A stretch of DNA of 64,000 nt, taken from Eledone cirrhosa. Taxonomy: Eukaryota. A program made the translations under genes and the position numbers. Shown one piece after another: positions 51,051-62,879 of this stretch; the first letter of the stretch is position 1, and the number at the start of each line of letters is the position of its first letter. The notes beneath the pieces are model-generated. The model did no database searches, was not told the origin of the DNA, and saw only the letters and a program-made list of their open reading frames with translations. Location: assembly GCA_964016885.1 (NCBI GenBank), contig OZ024743.1:305350001-305414000 (forward strand), read 5' to 3'.

Positions 51051-51364
51051 AGCATAATATATATATATGTATATACATGCACCTATCATGATAATGGTAT
51101 CCACATATATATATTTGCGTGCATATACATATCCCATATATATGTAATACACATACACACTTCGCATATATACACATATAAATATATATATATCATCAAC
51201 CTCGTCGTTTAATGTCCATCATTCATAGGTTGGATGGATTGACACTTTGGGAAAAAACAGACCAGAGGACCATGTTTAGCTCACCCAGGGCAGATTTTGA
51301 CTTGGTTTCTACATATAAATATATGTATATGTGTATATGTATATATTTATATATATATATATAT

Positions 51365-52040
51365 ACAAACAGCAATCTTACATGGTAGATTAGAAAGAAA
51401 CGAAGCTTGAATGCTCCAATGGATGTGTAATGGTAATATACACAAATGGAAAAACATAAACAAATTGAGAGAGAGACTAAGAATAAGAGGAATCAAATGA
51501 TGTGTGCAGGAGAGGTGGTTGCATTGGTGTGGACATGTGATGCGTATGAAGGATGACAGCTGCATAAAATGGTGCAGAGCACTAAAAGTCAATGGAAACC
51601 TTGGAGTGAGGAGACCCAAGAACACCTGGGATGAGGTGATAAAAGCTAACCTTGCCCAATTGCACCTCTCACAAGTGATGACACAGGACCGAGACCTCTG
51701 GCATTACGTAGAAATACAGAGGACCCAACACCCATGGGTACAAGCTGAAGGTGAAGAATATAGACAGTATACCCCAACCCCCATCCCGCTGTAATTTGGT
51801 TGTGTAGGTGTCACCACAAAATCACCCAGTCCACACTATAAAGTGGTCATGTAGGTGCCACGGTAAAAGAAGCACCCAGCACTCACTGTAAATGAGGTTG
51901 GTGTTAGGAAGGGCATCTAGCTGTAGAAATCAAGCCAAAATCAGTTCCGTATGAGCAAGACATGGCCACCTGACATGGCATTGCCCACAATAGGACAACC
52001 TGTCTAACCCATGCTAGCATGGTAGAATGGAGGTAAAATG
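51365..52040 (+). mobile_element. RTE LINE 3' end
   Basis: ERWLHWCGHVMRMKDDSCIK...RPKNTWDEVI followed by the family 3' UTR. Confidence 0.88.
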
Positions 52041-52300
52041 GAGGTAAAATGGAGGTAAAATATATGAAGACAATGGAAAGGGTAAATTTGATGGTTATAT
52101 TGAGAAATTTAGGAAAATTAATAAGTATTTTCTTCTCCATGCATGACAGCCATAGATTTTGTGAATAGAGGGTCCATATAGAAAAGATGCTACTTATCTC
52201 GGACACAATTATTTTTTTAATTAAGAAAGGATGTGTATATGTGAATGTGTGTGTGTGTGTATGTTTAAATAGTAATTATGTTGCAATAATGTATTTTCAG

Positions 52301-52496
52301 CTTCACACTGAAAATGTGAATGGAAAAAAACTTCTTTTTGACGAAATTGGAATCTCGGATAGAAGATGGAACACTGTTTGTTTCAATGTAACAGCAAACA
52401 TGAACACTAGCTTCATATTTACTGCCACAAAAGGTTATGAATATAACAAACGTATTGCTCTGATGGATGTTGGTTTCAAAGAAGGAAGTTGTGAAG
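52301..52496 (+). CDS. MAM gene exon, MAM4 C-part (LHTENV...RRWNTVCFNV...RIALMDVGFKEGSCE)
   Basis: tttcag| acceptor, G|gtgaga donor, phase 0-1, compatible with the previous exon. Confidence 0.85.
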
Positions 52497-52936
52497 GTGA
52501 GATAGCTTACACCTCTCTTTTTCTCATTCTCTCACTACCTCTCCTTCTTTGTACACATACACACACACACATATATATGACTATGAACACATTATCATAC
52601 AGTGGTTTATCTTATTTCTTGTATTTTTTATACACATCACTGCTCCCTTGACATGCCTGTTCCAACTATACCACCTAGGCAGTCATCCTCATCCTCATCA
52701 ACATCCTCATCATCATTTAATGTCTAGTCAGGGTTGGACAGATCTTCAAAGACCGAGTCAGTAGTGAAGTTGGGACACTGATCTCCAAGACAGGCCTGGG
52801 ATTCGCATCATGCTTGCATATGGCTCCATGTTCTACCAAGTGCATTTATCGTGGAACCAACACTAGAAAATGACCTCTTTGATTCTTAAGTTGCCCACAT
52901 TAGATTCCGTCACCTCTATGGTGACCTTAATGTTTG

Positions 52937-54414
52937 GGCTGCAGCATCTGTCAAGTATTTATGATGTACGAGGGCTGCAACATCTGTCAAGTATTTATGA
53001 TGTACGAGGGCTGTAGCATCTGTCAAGTATTTATGATGTACGAAAGCTGCAGCATCTGTCAAGTATTTATGATGTAGGAGGGCTGCAACATCTGTCAAGT
53101 ATTTATGATGTACGAGGGCTGCAGCATCTGTCAAGTATTTATGATGTACGAGGGCTGCAGCATCTGTCAAGTATTTATGATGTACGAGGGCTGCAGCATC
53201 TGTCAAGTATTTATGATGTACGAGGGCTGCAACATCTGTCAAGTATTTATGATGTACGAGGGCTGCAGCATATGTCAAGTATTTATGATGTACGAGGGCT
53301 GCAACATCTGTCAAGTATTTATGATGTACGAAAGCTGCAGCATCTGTCAAGTATTTATGATGTAGGAGGGCTGCAGCATCTGTCAAGTATTTATGATGTA
53401 CGAAAGCTGCAGCATCTGTCAAGTATTTATGATGTAGGAGGGCTGCAGCATCTATCAAGTATTTATGATGTACGAGGGCTGCAGCATCTGTCAAGTATTT
53501 ATGATGTACGAGGGCTGCAGCATCTGTCAAGTTTTTATGATGTACGAGGGCTGCAGCATCTGTCAAGTATTTATGATGTACGAGGGCTGCAACATCTGTC
53601 AAGTATTTATGATGTACGATGGCTGCAGCATCTGTCAAGTATTTATGATGTACGAGGGCTGCAACATCTGTCAAGTATTTATGATGTACGTGGGCTGCAG
53701 CATCTGTCAAGTATTTATGATGTACGAGGGCTGCAACATCTGTCAAGTATTTATGATGTACGAGGGCTGCAACATCTGTCAAGTATTTATGATGTACGAG
53801 GGCTGCAACATCTGTCAAGTATTTATGATGTACGAGGGCTGCAGCATCTGTCAAGTATTTATGATGTACGAGGGATGCAGCATCTGTCAAGTATTTATGA
53901 TGTACGAGGGATGCAACATCTGTCAAGTATTTATGATGTACGAGGGCTGCAACATCTGTCAAGTATTTATGATGTACGAGGGCTGCAGCATCTGTCAAGT
54001 ATTTATGATGTACGAGGGATGCAACATCTGTCAAGTATTTATGATGTACGAGGGCTGCAGCATCTGTCAAGTATTTATGATGTACGAGGGCTGCAACATC
54101 TGTCAAGTATTTATGATGTACGAGGGCTGCAACATCTGTCAAGTATTTATGATGTACGATGGCTGCAGCATCTGTCAAGTATTTATGATGTACGAGGGCT
54201 GCAACATCTGTCAAGTATTTATGATGTACGAGGGCTGCAACATCTGTCAAGTATTTATGATGTACGAGGGCTGCAGCATCTGTCAAGTATTTATGATTTA
54301 CGAGGGCTGCAACATCTGTCAAGTATTTATGATGTACGAGGGCTGCAGCATCTGTTAAGTATTTATGATGTACGAGGGCTGCAGCATCTGTCAAGTATTT
54401 ATGATGTACGAGGA
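52937..54414. repeat. 36-bp minisatellite, ~41 copies (gctgcagcatctgtcaagtatttatgatgtacgagg)
   Basis: 36-nt period, no spacers; produces the 492, 389 and 297 aa repeat ORFs. Confidence 0.98.
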
Positions 54415-54639
54415 GCTACAATTTTTACATTTGATTTGTAGACCACATGTATTCTCATGTACACTTCTGCATTGTTGATGGTATAATTAGGAAGTGTGCA
54501 CTTATTGTATGTAGGTCAGTGTTCGTGGAGAAGTCTCCTCAATGAGTGTGCCAGCAATATATTCAGGCCCACTCTCTGGTTGGCTTGTCTGATGGCTGTT
54601 TTGTCTTTTCATTGAAATGTGGCAGCTTTAGGTAGCATA

Positions 54640-55480
54640 TGTTATAATTAAAGCAGAAGTTCCAGACATGGAAACAGAATCTAGAATCAAAGGACTTCAA
54701 AGTAAACTTCACAAAGACTAAAGTTTTAGTAAATAGGAAAGAGAATAGGACTCTGATATCATTAGGTACATGCTCCATATGTCAAAACGGGATGGCTAGA
54801 AACTCCGAGAGGGAAAAGTGAACACACAGATAGGCTGACAGGGACTTAATACATGACAGATGCACAAGGGTAGTTAACAGGAAGGTTACTCAGGAAATGA
54901 TCTCCCTCAAATGATCAGAGGACTCATTATAAATTGTAGATAGCTTTTGTTATCTAATGGACCTCATTAGCAGTGAAGGTGGATGTACCGAAAATGTCGT
55001 AGCCAGAGTGAGAAAAGGGAGGAGGAAGTTCAGGGAGCTCTGACCTCTGCTGGCAATGAAGTAAAGGGCAAATTATATGTTGCTTATGTTCAAAACCATT
55101 GCAGTGAGATATCCATTCTGAGTGAGGAACTTCAGTGGATAAAAAGAAATGAAACATGCAATGCTTCACTGGATGTGAATATTAATATATGTAAAGGACT
55201 GTGAGCAATGAAGCTGAGAAAAAAGCTGAGCATAAGAGGCATAAAATATAATGTACAAGAGAGACCATTGTGGTGATATAAGCATATTATGTGTCAGGAG
55301 AGTGAGAGTTATATAAACAAAGAGCTGAACACTTGAAGTGGGTGAAACCTGTGGAAGAAAGAAACCAAGGAAGACATAGGACGAAGTTGTGAAATAAGAC
55401 TTTAAAAAATTGTTCCTCACAAAGGAGATGACACAGAACTGAGCTGACTGGTGATATGTCATAATACAGAGGTCCAGTCC
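54640..55480 (+). mobile_element. Decayed RTE LINE 3' part
   Basis: LESKGLQ.VNFTKTKVLV, IVDSFCYL.DLISSEGGC, GRKKPRKT*DEVV. Confidence 0.75.
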
Positions 55481-55830
55481 ACTAGTACCAGCACTGTGAC
55501 AGATGACACAGAACTGAGCTGACTGGTGATATGTCAAAATACAGCAATCCAGTCCACTAGTACCAGCACTGTGACAGAGATGACTGGTGATATATCATAA
55601 TACAGCAGTCCACTAGTATCATCACTGTGGCAGAGATGACACAGGACTGAGCTGACTGGTGATATGTCATAATACAGAGTCCAGTCCTAGTACCAGCTCT
55701 GTGACAGAGATGACACAAGACTGAGATGACTGGTGATATTCTATAATACAAAAGACTTGCCCACCAGTACAAGTACTGAGACACATGTGACATAGGACTG
55801 AACTGACTGGTGATATGCCATATTGAAAAA
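55423..55830. repeat. Diverged ~65-70-bp tandem repeat (~6 copies) derived from the RTE ORF end
   Basis: gagatgacacagaactgagctgactggtgatatgtcataatacag...tagtaccagcactgtgaca repeated. Confidence 0.8.
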
Positions 55831-56286
55831 AATACCTTGCACTGTGGCACAAAACCTAAACATGATAATCTTTTTCTTGTGATATAGATGATACAACTTG
55901 GAACATGAGGCAAATGTTTGTGTAGTTGGTGCTGTGTTATGTATTATTTTGCTATGAACAAAGTTGTTGTTATGGCAACCATTTTAGAGTCATTGATCTT
56001 CATGGGGCCGATATTCTACAACTATGTTTCACTCTGCTTGGCTGGAGCCCTACTTCATGAATATAAATTATCAGCATATTTTAAAAGATTATCTTCGTTG
56101 TCTAATTATAATTCCATATTTCATTGACTTATTCTCTACACTAAAATAAAATCATACTCATCTCACTTCAATGCTTGAGTTTATCTGATTTACAGAAGAG
56201 AAAGCTGCATATATTTTTATTTTTATAATGTTGATAACATTTTCAAATTTAAAATAATAATGTTTTTTTACTCTTTCTCATCCAAG

Positions 56287-56394
56287 GCCGAAGTATTGCC
56301 TGTGACTTCTCAAATGATATATGCCAGTATGAAAACCATAGATATAGAAAATGGCAAAGAATAGAATCAGGAAATGAAAGTGACTCATTAAATG
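56287..56394 (+). CDS. MAM gene exon, MAM5 N-half (GRSIACDFSNDICQYENHRYRKWQRI...)
   Basis: tccaag| acceptor, G|gtaatt donor, 108 nt, phase 1-1, CDF...C.Y...W; absent from the ORF track. Confidence 0.82.
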
Positions 56395-57077
56395 GTAATT
56401 AATAATTATTTATTTCATATTCGATAACACATTCTATCTTTTATTTTTATGAACCTATATCTAGCAAAAGACTTGGATATTTAGGTATTTGGGGCTTTTC
56501 AACTTGAGCCATAGAGAAGAATGTAAGCTTGTGGCAAATTGTGTCAACAGCCAGATTCAATTACTTGTTCTAACTATTCATCATTATCATCATCATCGTT
56601 TTAATGTTTGCTTTCCTTACTAGCTAGGGTTAGATGGGTCTACATAGACTAAGTTAGTACTGAAGTAGGGGAACTCACCTCTCAGACAGGCCAGAAGTGT
56701 CTTGCTTATCTACAGTTTCACATTCTACCAAGTGCACAGGAGAGGTCTTTGACACAACTCAGTGTCTTCCCAGCCCTTTGTTTAATAAGCTTTCTATGGC
56801 TGGATGCCCTTTTAATATTGATAATGATTTTGTATGGACATCACAAATTCTTATTTGAACTTCACAAAAGATTTCAAATCATGACCTATGGTTCGTGAGA
56901 TTCACTTTCATAATTCAAATAGTATAATTCAAATATTATACCAAACCATTTCTGAATTTGAAACTAATAGCTATTAATAATTTACAGAAAAAAATGTGTT
57001 GTTCTATTTTAAGATGAATTATGTCACACTATATATATAGGATACAAAGTGAATAATATTTCAAATTTCTTTTCCAG

Positions 57078-57401
57078 GAAATTACATGCTATATAAAAGC
57101 AGGTTCTATCAGAGCATTTTAGCATCACCAAGTGAAAATATTACCAACAGCTGTGTACAAATTAGATACAAGATGACAAACATGATGTGCAATCTGACCA
57201 TCTATAATGCCTATAACAAGAACAGATTGCTGAGTACTGTAAATGATGATACAACTGAATGGAGTACTGCTCAAATGTACATACAAGAAGAGGTTACAAA
57301 ACTTGTTTTTGTGGCGACTACTGCAAATTATTATTATTATTCTACTTGTACAATTTTAATTGATAGTGTTGATATCCAAAGAGATAAATGCCAAGAATTA
57401 G
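57078..57401 (+). CDS. MAM gene exon, MAM5 C-half (GNYMLY...LASP...SCVQIRYKM...ILIDSVDIQRDKCQEL)
   Basis: ttccag| acceptor, G|gtaaga donor, 324 nt, phase 1-1. Confidence 0.87.
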
Positions 57402-57643
57402 GTAAGATTTTTTTAGTTTTTATTTATATTTTTTCCTTTTAGAAAATATGATTATATTATTGTCCAGAATTGATTCTTCCTCTATATATATCTTTCTCCT
57501 TGCCATTCTCTCACTCTCTCTGTCTATCCTTCTCTGGGAGAAATCTGGAGAGGATTATGGGCTCCACCAGGTTTTAAAATGACCTAGAAATGTCATATGT
57601 CAATACTGCACCCCTATGACTCCTTCAAGCGTTATGAGACCAT

Positions 57644-57704
<61 letters not shown>

Positions 57705-57708
<4 letters not shown>

Positions 57709-59665
57709 CATCATCATCATCACCATTTTATGTCCGTTTTTCGACGCTAGCATGGGTTAGACGGGTTACCCTGTTGTGGGCAGTGTCCGGTCGGCTGACC
57801 ATGCCTTGCTCATAGAGGAACAGATTCTGGCTTGATTTCTACAGCTGGATGCCCTTCCTAACACCAACCTCATTTACAGTGAGTGCTGGGTGCTTTTCTT
57901 CGTGGCGCCTACATGTCCACTTTACAGTGTGGGCTGGGTGCCTTTTTGCCGTGGCACCTCCACGACCACCTTGCTGTGGGAGGGTGTGGGGGCATATTGT
58001 CTATATGCTTCAGCTTCGGCTTGTTACCTGTGGGGGGTCGTGTCTTCTGTATTACTCTGTGACACCAGAGGTCACGGTCGGGTGTCATCGCCTTTGAGAG
58101 GTGTAATTGGGTAAAGTCGGCTATTATCACTTCATCCCAGGTCTTCTTGGGTCTCCCCACTCCACGGGTTCTATTACTTCTAGTGCTCTGCATTTTTTTA
58201 TGCAGCTGTCATCCTTCATACGCCTCACATGTCCATACACCCGCAACCGCCTCTCCTGCACACATCATTTGATTCCTCTTATGCTCAGTCTCTCTCTCAA
58301 TTCATTTTTGCTTTGCCGCTCGCATATATTACTATTACACATCCATCGGAGCATGTAGGCTTTGTTTCTTTCTAATCTACGCAAGTCTTCCACAGACAGC
58401 ACCCATGCCTCACTACCATGTAACATTGCTGTTCGTATACACGCACCATACAGTCTGCCTTTCATTTTGAGGGAGAAGCCTTTTGCAGCTAGCAGTGGCA
58501 GTAGCTCCCTGAACTTCTTCCATCCCGTTCTTACCCTAGTTATTGTAATTTCTGAACACTCACCTCCGCTGCTAATTTGGTCACCTAGGTAGCAGAAGTT
58601 GTCTACTGTTTCTACAGAGCCCTCCTAGATTTTGGTGGTACTTGTTTCATGTGGCTGTTTGCTGCTTGCTGTCCCAGCACAGCTGTTACATGTGAAGCCT
58701 ACATTCTTAATTAAGCTTCCTGAGATCCCGCTACATCTCTTGTGTACCCATTGTTTGCATTTGGGGCAGAGAATGGAGTTCCTACCTACACCTTTCCTAC
58801 ATAGTGAGCAAGGCCATTTCCCTCAGGGGATCTGGGTTCTGTTTTCTCGTCTACTTACAAGGACCTTAGTCTCTTAGTCTTTGTCAGGTTGAATTTGAGA
58901 CCCTTTCTTTCTAGTTCCTGCTTCCAAGTTTGGAATTTCTTCTCTAGTTCTACCTATAAGTGTATTCTCTAGATTCAGCTATAAGTGCGAGCTCATCTGC
59001 ATACAGGAGTTCCCATGGGAATCCGGTCTTAAACTCCTCCGTTATTGCCTGCAGAACTATGATGAACAGGAGAGGGCTAAGAACAGAGCCCTGGCGGACA
59101 CCGACCTGTTCACTAAATTCCTTGCTAGAGTCATTGCTAATCCTGACTTTGCTGACTGCTCCCCTATACATGGCTTGTACAGCTTTCATAAGCCATTCAT
59201 CTACTCCTAGTTTTCTAAGAGCTCACCAGATTAGCACGGGGAACTTTGTCAAAGGCTTTCTTGAGATCGACGAATGCCAGGTAGAGCGGCTTACTTTTAG
59301 CTAGGTACTTTTCCTGTAACTGTCTCACAAGGAAGAGGACATCAGTGGTGCCTCTTCCTGGCACAAACCCAAATTGCATCTCATCTAGTTTCACCCGGTC
59401 CCTAATCAACTGTGCTCTAACTCCTTCTGTTACTTTCATGACCTGGTCCATCAGCTTTATACCTCTATAGTTTCCTCTATCTAGTGCATCACCTTTACCT
59501 TTATAGCAGTTGACAATGATGCTACTGCACCAATCCTTTGATATGACACCTTCTAGTATTACTTGGTTAATAATACATGTGGTTATGGTATGACCTAGCG
59601 ACCGCGATGCCTTCAGCATCTCGACAGCTATTCCCGATGGCCCGGTTGCCTTCCCCAACTTCATA
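57705..59665 (-). mobile_element. RTE LINE (RT with embedded PHD finger, thumb, 3' UTR, (GAT)n tail), 5'-truncated
   Basis: GKATGPSGI, GNYRGIKL, QFGFVPGRGT, FVDLKKAFD, GVRQGSVLSPLLF, LLYADEL, then C4HC3 finger, NFCYLGD. Confidence 0.92.
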
Positions 59666-59671
59666 TCTATA

Positions 59672-59897
59672 TATGCAAAGTGGACGTGTAGGTGCCACGG
59701 AAAAAAAGCACCCAGCACTCACTGTAAATGAGGTTGGTGTTAGGAAGGGCATCCAACTGTAGAAATCAAGCCAGAATCAGTTCCCGTATGAGCAAAACAA
59801 GGTCAGCTGACCGGACACTGCCCACAACCTGTCTAACACATGCTAGTGTGGAAGAATGGACGTAAAACAGTGATGATGATGATGATGATGATGACGA

Positions 59898-59900
<3 letters not shown>
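59672..59900 (+). mobile_element. Inverted RTE 3' UTR with (GAT)n tail
   Basis: reverse complement of ~57705-57935. Confidence 0.88.
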
Positions 59901-59944
<44 letters not shown>

Positions 59945-59946
<2 letters not shown>

Positions 59947-61877
59947 ACGAAGGAAATGTGGTAAGGAACCAGGTGGACCATAACGCACCAAAGTACTCAA
60001 TACTTAAGGTAGTAGAGTGGGTAATAGGAACGAGTAGGACCCGACGGCTGAGCTCAAGCCGTTTCGACAGCTAATTATGGACTAAATGAAAATGTTTATC
60101 CTGGTATATGAATAGCCGAGCTTCTCATGGGGTAATTCCATATATGGTAAAAGTGATTGTCACAAGGATTGGTCAAAAGTTTGTTGCTGAGATACATAAT
60201 TCTATCATGGCAATTTGTGGAAGGAAGGGGTAGCTGAACCTGCCAGTAGAAGAACCTGCCAGTAGAAGAAGTCACGCTACTACACTTTCGGGCCATATCT
60301 GGGACCTCAAGGATAACAACATTACCTATGATCTCACTTGGAGCTTACTGTCCAGAGCCAACTCTTACACGGGAGGACGCCGTCCGTGCAATTTATGCTC
60401 GGAGGAAACTTTACAAATGCTGTTTTCGACAGACCAACTCCTAAACAAGAAAGACGAACTGGTAACTGCATGCAAACACAGATTGCGTAGGACTTACCTC
60501 GCCCTCAAACCCCATAATAACTCGGGGGGGGGGGTAGACAAGGGCTGTAACACCCCACTTGCCGACTTTGTAATGGGTAACCCCTGCTTGCAAAGGTAGA
60601 CATAAGATCTTCTTTTATATCTTTTTATCGTTTCCTCTATATTTTCTTCTTCGCCCCATCCCTTCCTAGTCTTTCCTCCCCAGTCCTCCTTCTTTGTTTC
60701 ACTTTCTCGCCCACCCGAGGCAGCCCCTCGGTCCTTTGTAGCCTCAGTACCCCCACCCCCTTCCCCTATTCTATGATAGAATTGGCCGACTCCGCTTTTT
60801 ATAGCAGATGTGATAGACCCCAGATACTTGCTTTCTTATCCGATGGCTGCCCCATTTCCGTGCTTTCTACATTTCTTAGTGGTATCTCTGCTTTAATTTC
60901 TCGTATATCAGTATTTATGTTTGGGGGGGGGGGGATTCTGAATTCATTTTCCATATCAAATTTTTCATATACCTCGTACGAGCATTTATGTAGTTTGCAC
61001 TAGAATTTTTGTATCGTAGCGGCACCCTTAGAGATAGTATTAGTATTCATTTTCGGGATTCTGAATTATTATTTCGTATTAGTTTATGTTTTGCACTGGG
61101 TGATTGTTGGCCTTGTGCCTAGGGTAGAAACATTTATTTCGTATTAGTTTCGGGACTCTGAATTATTATTTCGTGATAGTTTCTTTAGTATTTTGGCCCC
61201 CCACTAGTTGATCTGTCACCGTAAGATATACTCGGTTGATTACTACTAACTCTTAAAATTGTCTCATTACAATTCCGTCCCACCTAGTAAACTTTTCTAT
61301 AGTTTAGCAGTACCAGTGAGAGACTTGATGACTGTCGTTAGGGAATAGTAACCAGAAATTGTTTTCTTTTTTTTATATATTTTTTTTTATATATTTTTTT
61401 TATATTTTTAACTTTCTTGGTATTCTTCTATATATTAACTCCATATTGATTTACTTATTGTTTCGACTTCCTCCCCCTCCCTAGTATACTTGCTTGACCT
61501 CCTGCCCTGTTGTAGTTGGCACTTTCAACGCACGACTGGATTTCCTCCACTCCCTCTCCCTCTCCCTCTTTCTTCTACTGGCAGGTTCAGCTACCCCTTC
61601 CTTCCACAAATTGCCATGATAGAATTATGTGTCTCAACAACAAACTTTTGACCAATCCATGTGATAATCACTTTTACCATATATGGAATTACCCCCTGAG
61701 AAGCTCGGCTATTCATATACCAGGATAAAAATGTTCATTTAGTCCAGAATTAGCCGTCGAAACTGCTTGAGCTCAGCCGTCGGGGTCCTACTCGTTCCTA
61801 TTACCCACTCTACTACCCTAAGTATTGAGTACTTTGGTGCGTTATGGTCCACCAGGTTCCTTACCACATTTCCTTCG

Positions 61878-61880
<3 letters not shown>
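59945..61880 (+). mobile_element. Penelope-like element with ~310-bp inverted terminal arms, GIY-YIG C-terminal remnant and (TA)n flanks
   Basis: 59945-60254 is the reverse complement of 61570-61880; 60255-60500 translates ATTLSGHIWDLKD..Y.LTW...CNLCSEE...LLNKKDELVTACKH. Confidence 0.85.
61691..61786 (+). ncRNA. Candidate type I hammerhead with variant core (mirror copy on the - strand at ~60039-60133)
   Basis: acccc-CTGAGAA-long stem II (cggcta/tagccg)-GAAAC-stem III-GTC-ggggt; the core is not canonical CUGANGA. Confidence 0.45.
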
Positions 61881-61921
<41 letters not shown>

Positions 61922-61925
<4 letters not shown>

Positions 61926-62820
61926 TAGTTAAACAAGATTCAATGATTACATCAAATAATGAATTTTACTGTAGATTGGAAGCACTCTGAAGCAAAAAAA
62001 TATTTTCCAGATTTATTAATATTAAAATTCAAATATTAATAAAATAGGTGTTCTTGTGATCAATTAAATTCTATTATACATATTTCAGAGGTACTTGAAT
62101 CAGGTTCAACAGTACGTCCTCATCAGATAAAATAAAATGATACATGACATACCCTGAGATGTTAGATGGTTAAGATTTAATCAAGGTAGTGATTAACTTA
62201 TGAGAAAACTCAACTTATACCCTAATAATGAGAACATACGAAAACGTAATAGAACCAATAGAGAAGGTATGAGTAAGAAAAACATTGCTTTAATGTAACA
62301 GTTATAGAGTTTTAAAATCTGGGATACTACAATTAGGATTATAGAGGAAGACGTCTCTGGAGTTATAATTTTATTAAAGTTATTGGCTTGAGAAAGCAAC
62401 TGATAGATAATTAAAGAGAGGGAGAGATAAAGGGAAGTAATTTATGCAAACATTTTCACATATAGACTTAACGGTTAAATTTCAAAATATTTAATATATG
62501 TTATTTTAGGGTGAAGAATCAAAATTTTAGGTTTTAAAAGTTGATTGTTATTTATATTAATTTTATAAATTTTATAAATGTGTTACATTTCTAAAATTCT
62601 AAGTTTTATGAAAACAAATTTAAAGGATTTACTAGGCCCGCGAAATAAAAATATATACTGTTAAATATTCACATAAAGGTAATCCTTAATAAAATTACTT
62701 GTAACAGAGTCAACATTTTCGGTATGTATAATTTATGAAGTACTTACTGTTACAAATATTAAGGAATTTATTGTCAAGTAGATACATTGTCTAAAGTATA
62801 ATAATTAACGCAGTTTTCAG

Positions 62821-62879
<59 letters not shown>

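Larger units (their letters stand above)
1491..57401 (+). other. Partial multi-exon gene encoding a tandem-MAM-domain extracellular glycoprotein (5 MAM domains in window; both ends outside)
   Basis: Twelve AG/GT-bounded exons join in one open frame. Each domain shows the MAM pattern CxF..C.Y...W / G.Y...SP...F.Y...W...IA(L/I)DDI....C, and there are many NxS/T sequons. Confidence 0.88.

Noticed and set aside
52937-54414. CRISPR array (36-bp repeats), likewise the 38-bp and 34-bp arrays
   Set aside because: Units are directly adjacent with no unique spacers, there are no cas genes, and the context is a eukaryotic intron.
52916-54441. 492, 389 and 297 aa ORFs as real genes
   Set aside because: They arise automatically from a stop-free unit whose length is divisible by 3; no unique coding flanks, signal peptide or splice support.
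61320-61360. SECIS-like ATGA...AA...GA motif in the PLE 3' region
   Set aside because: The stem above the putative quartet is too short and poorly paired.
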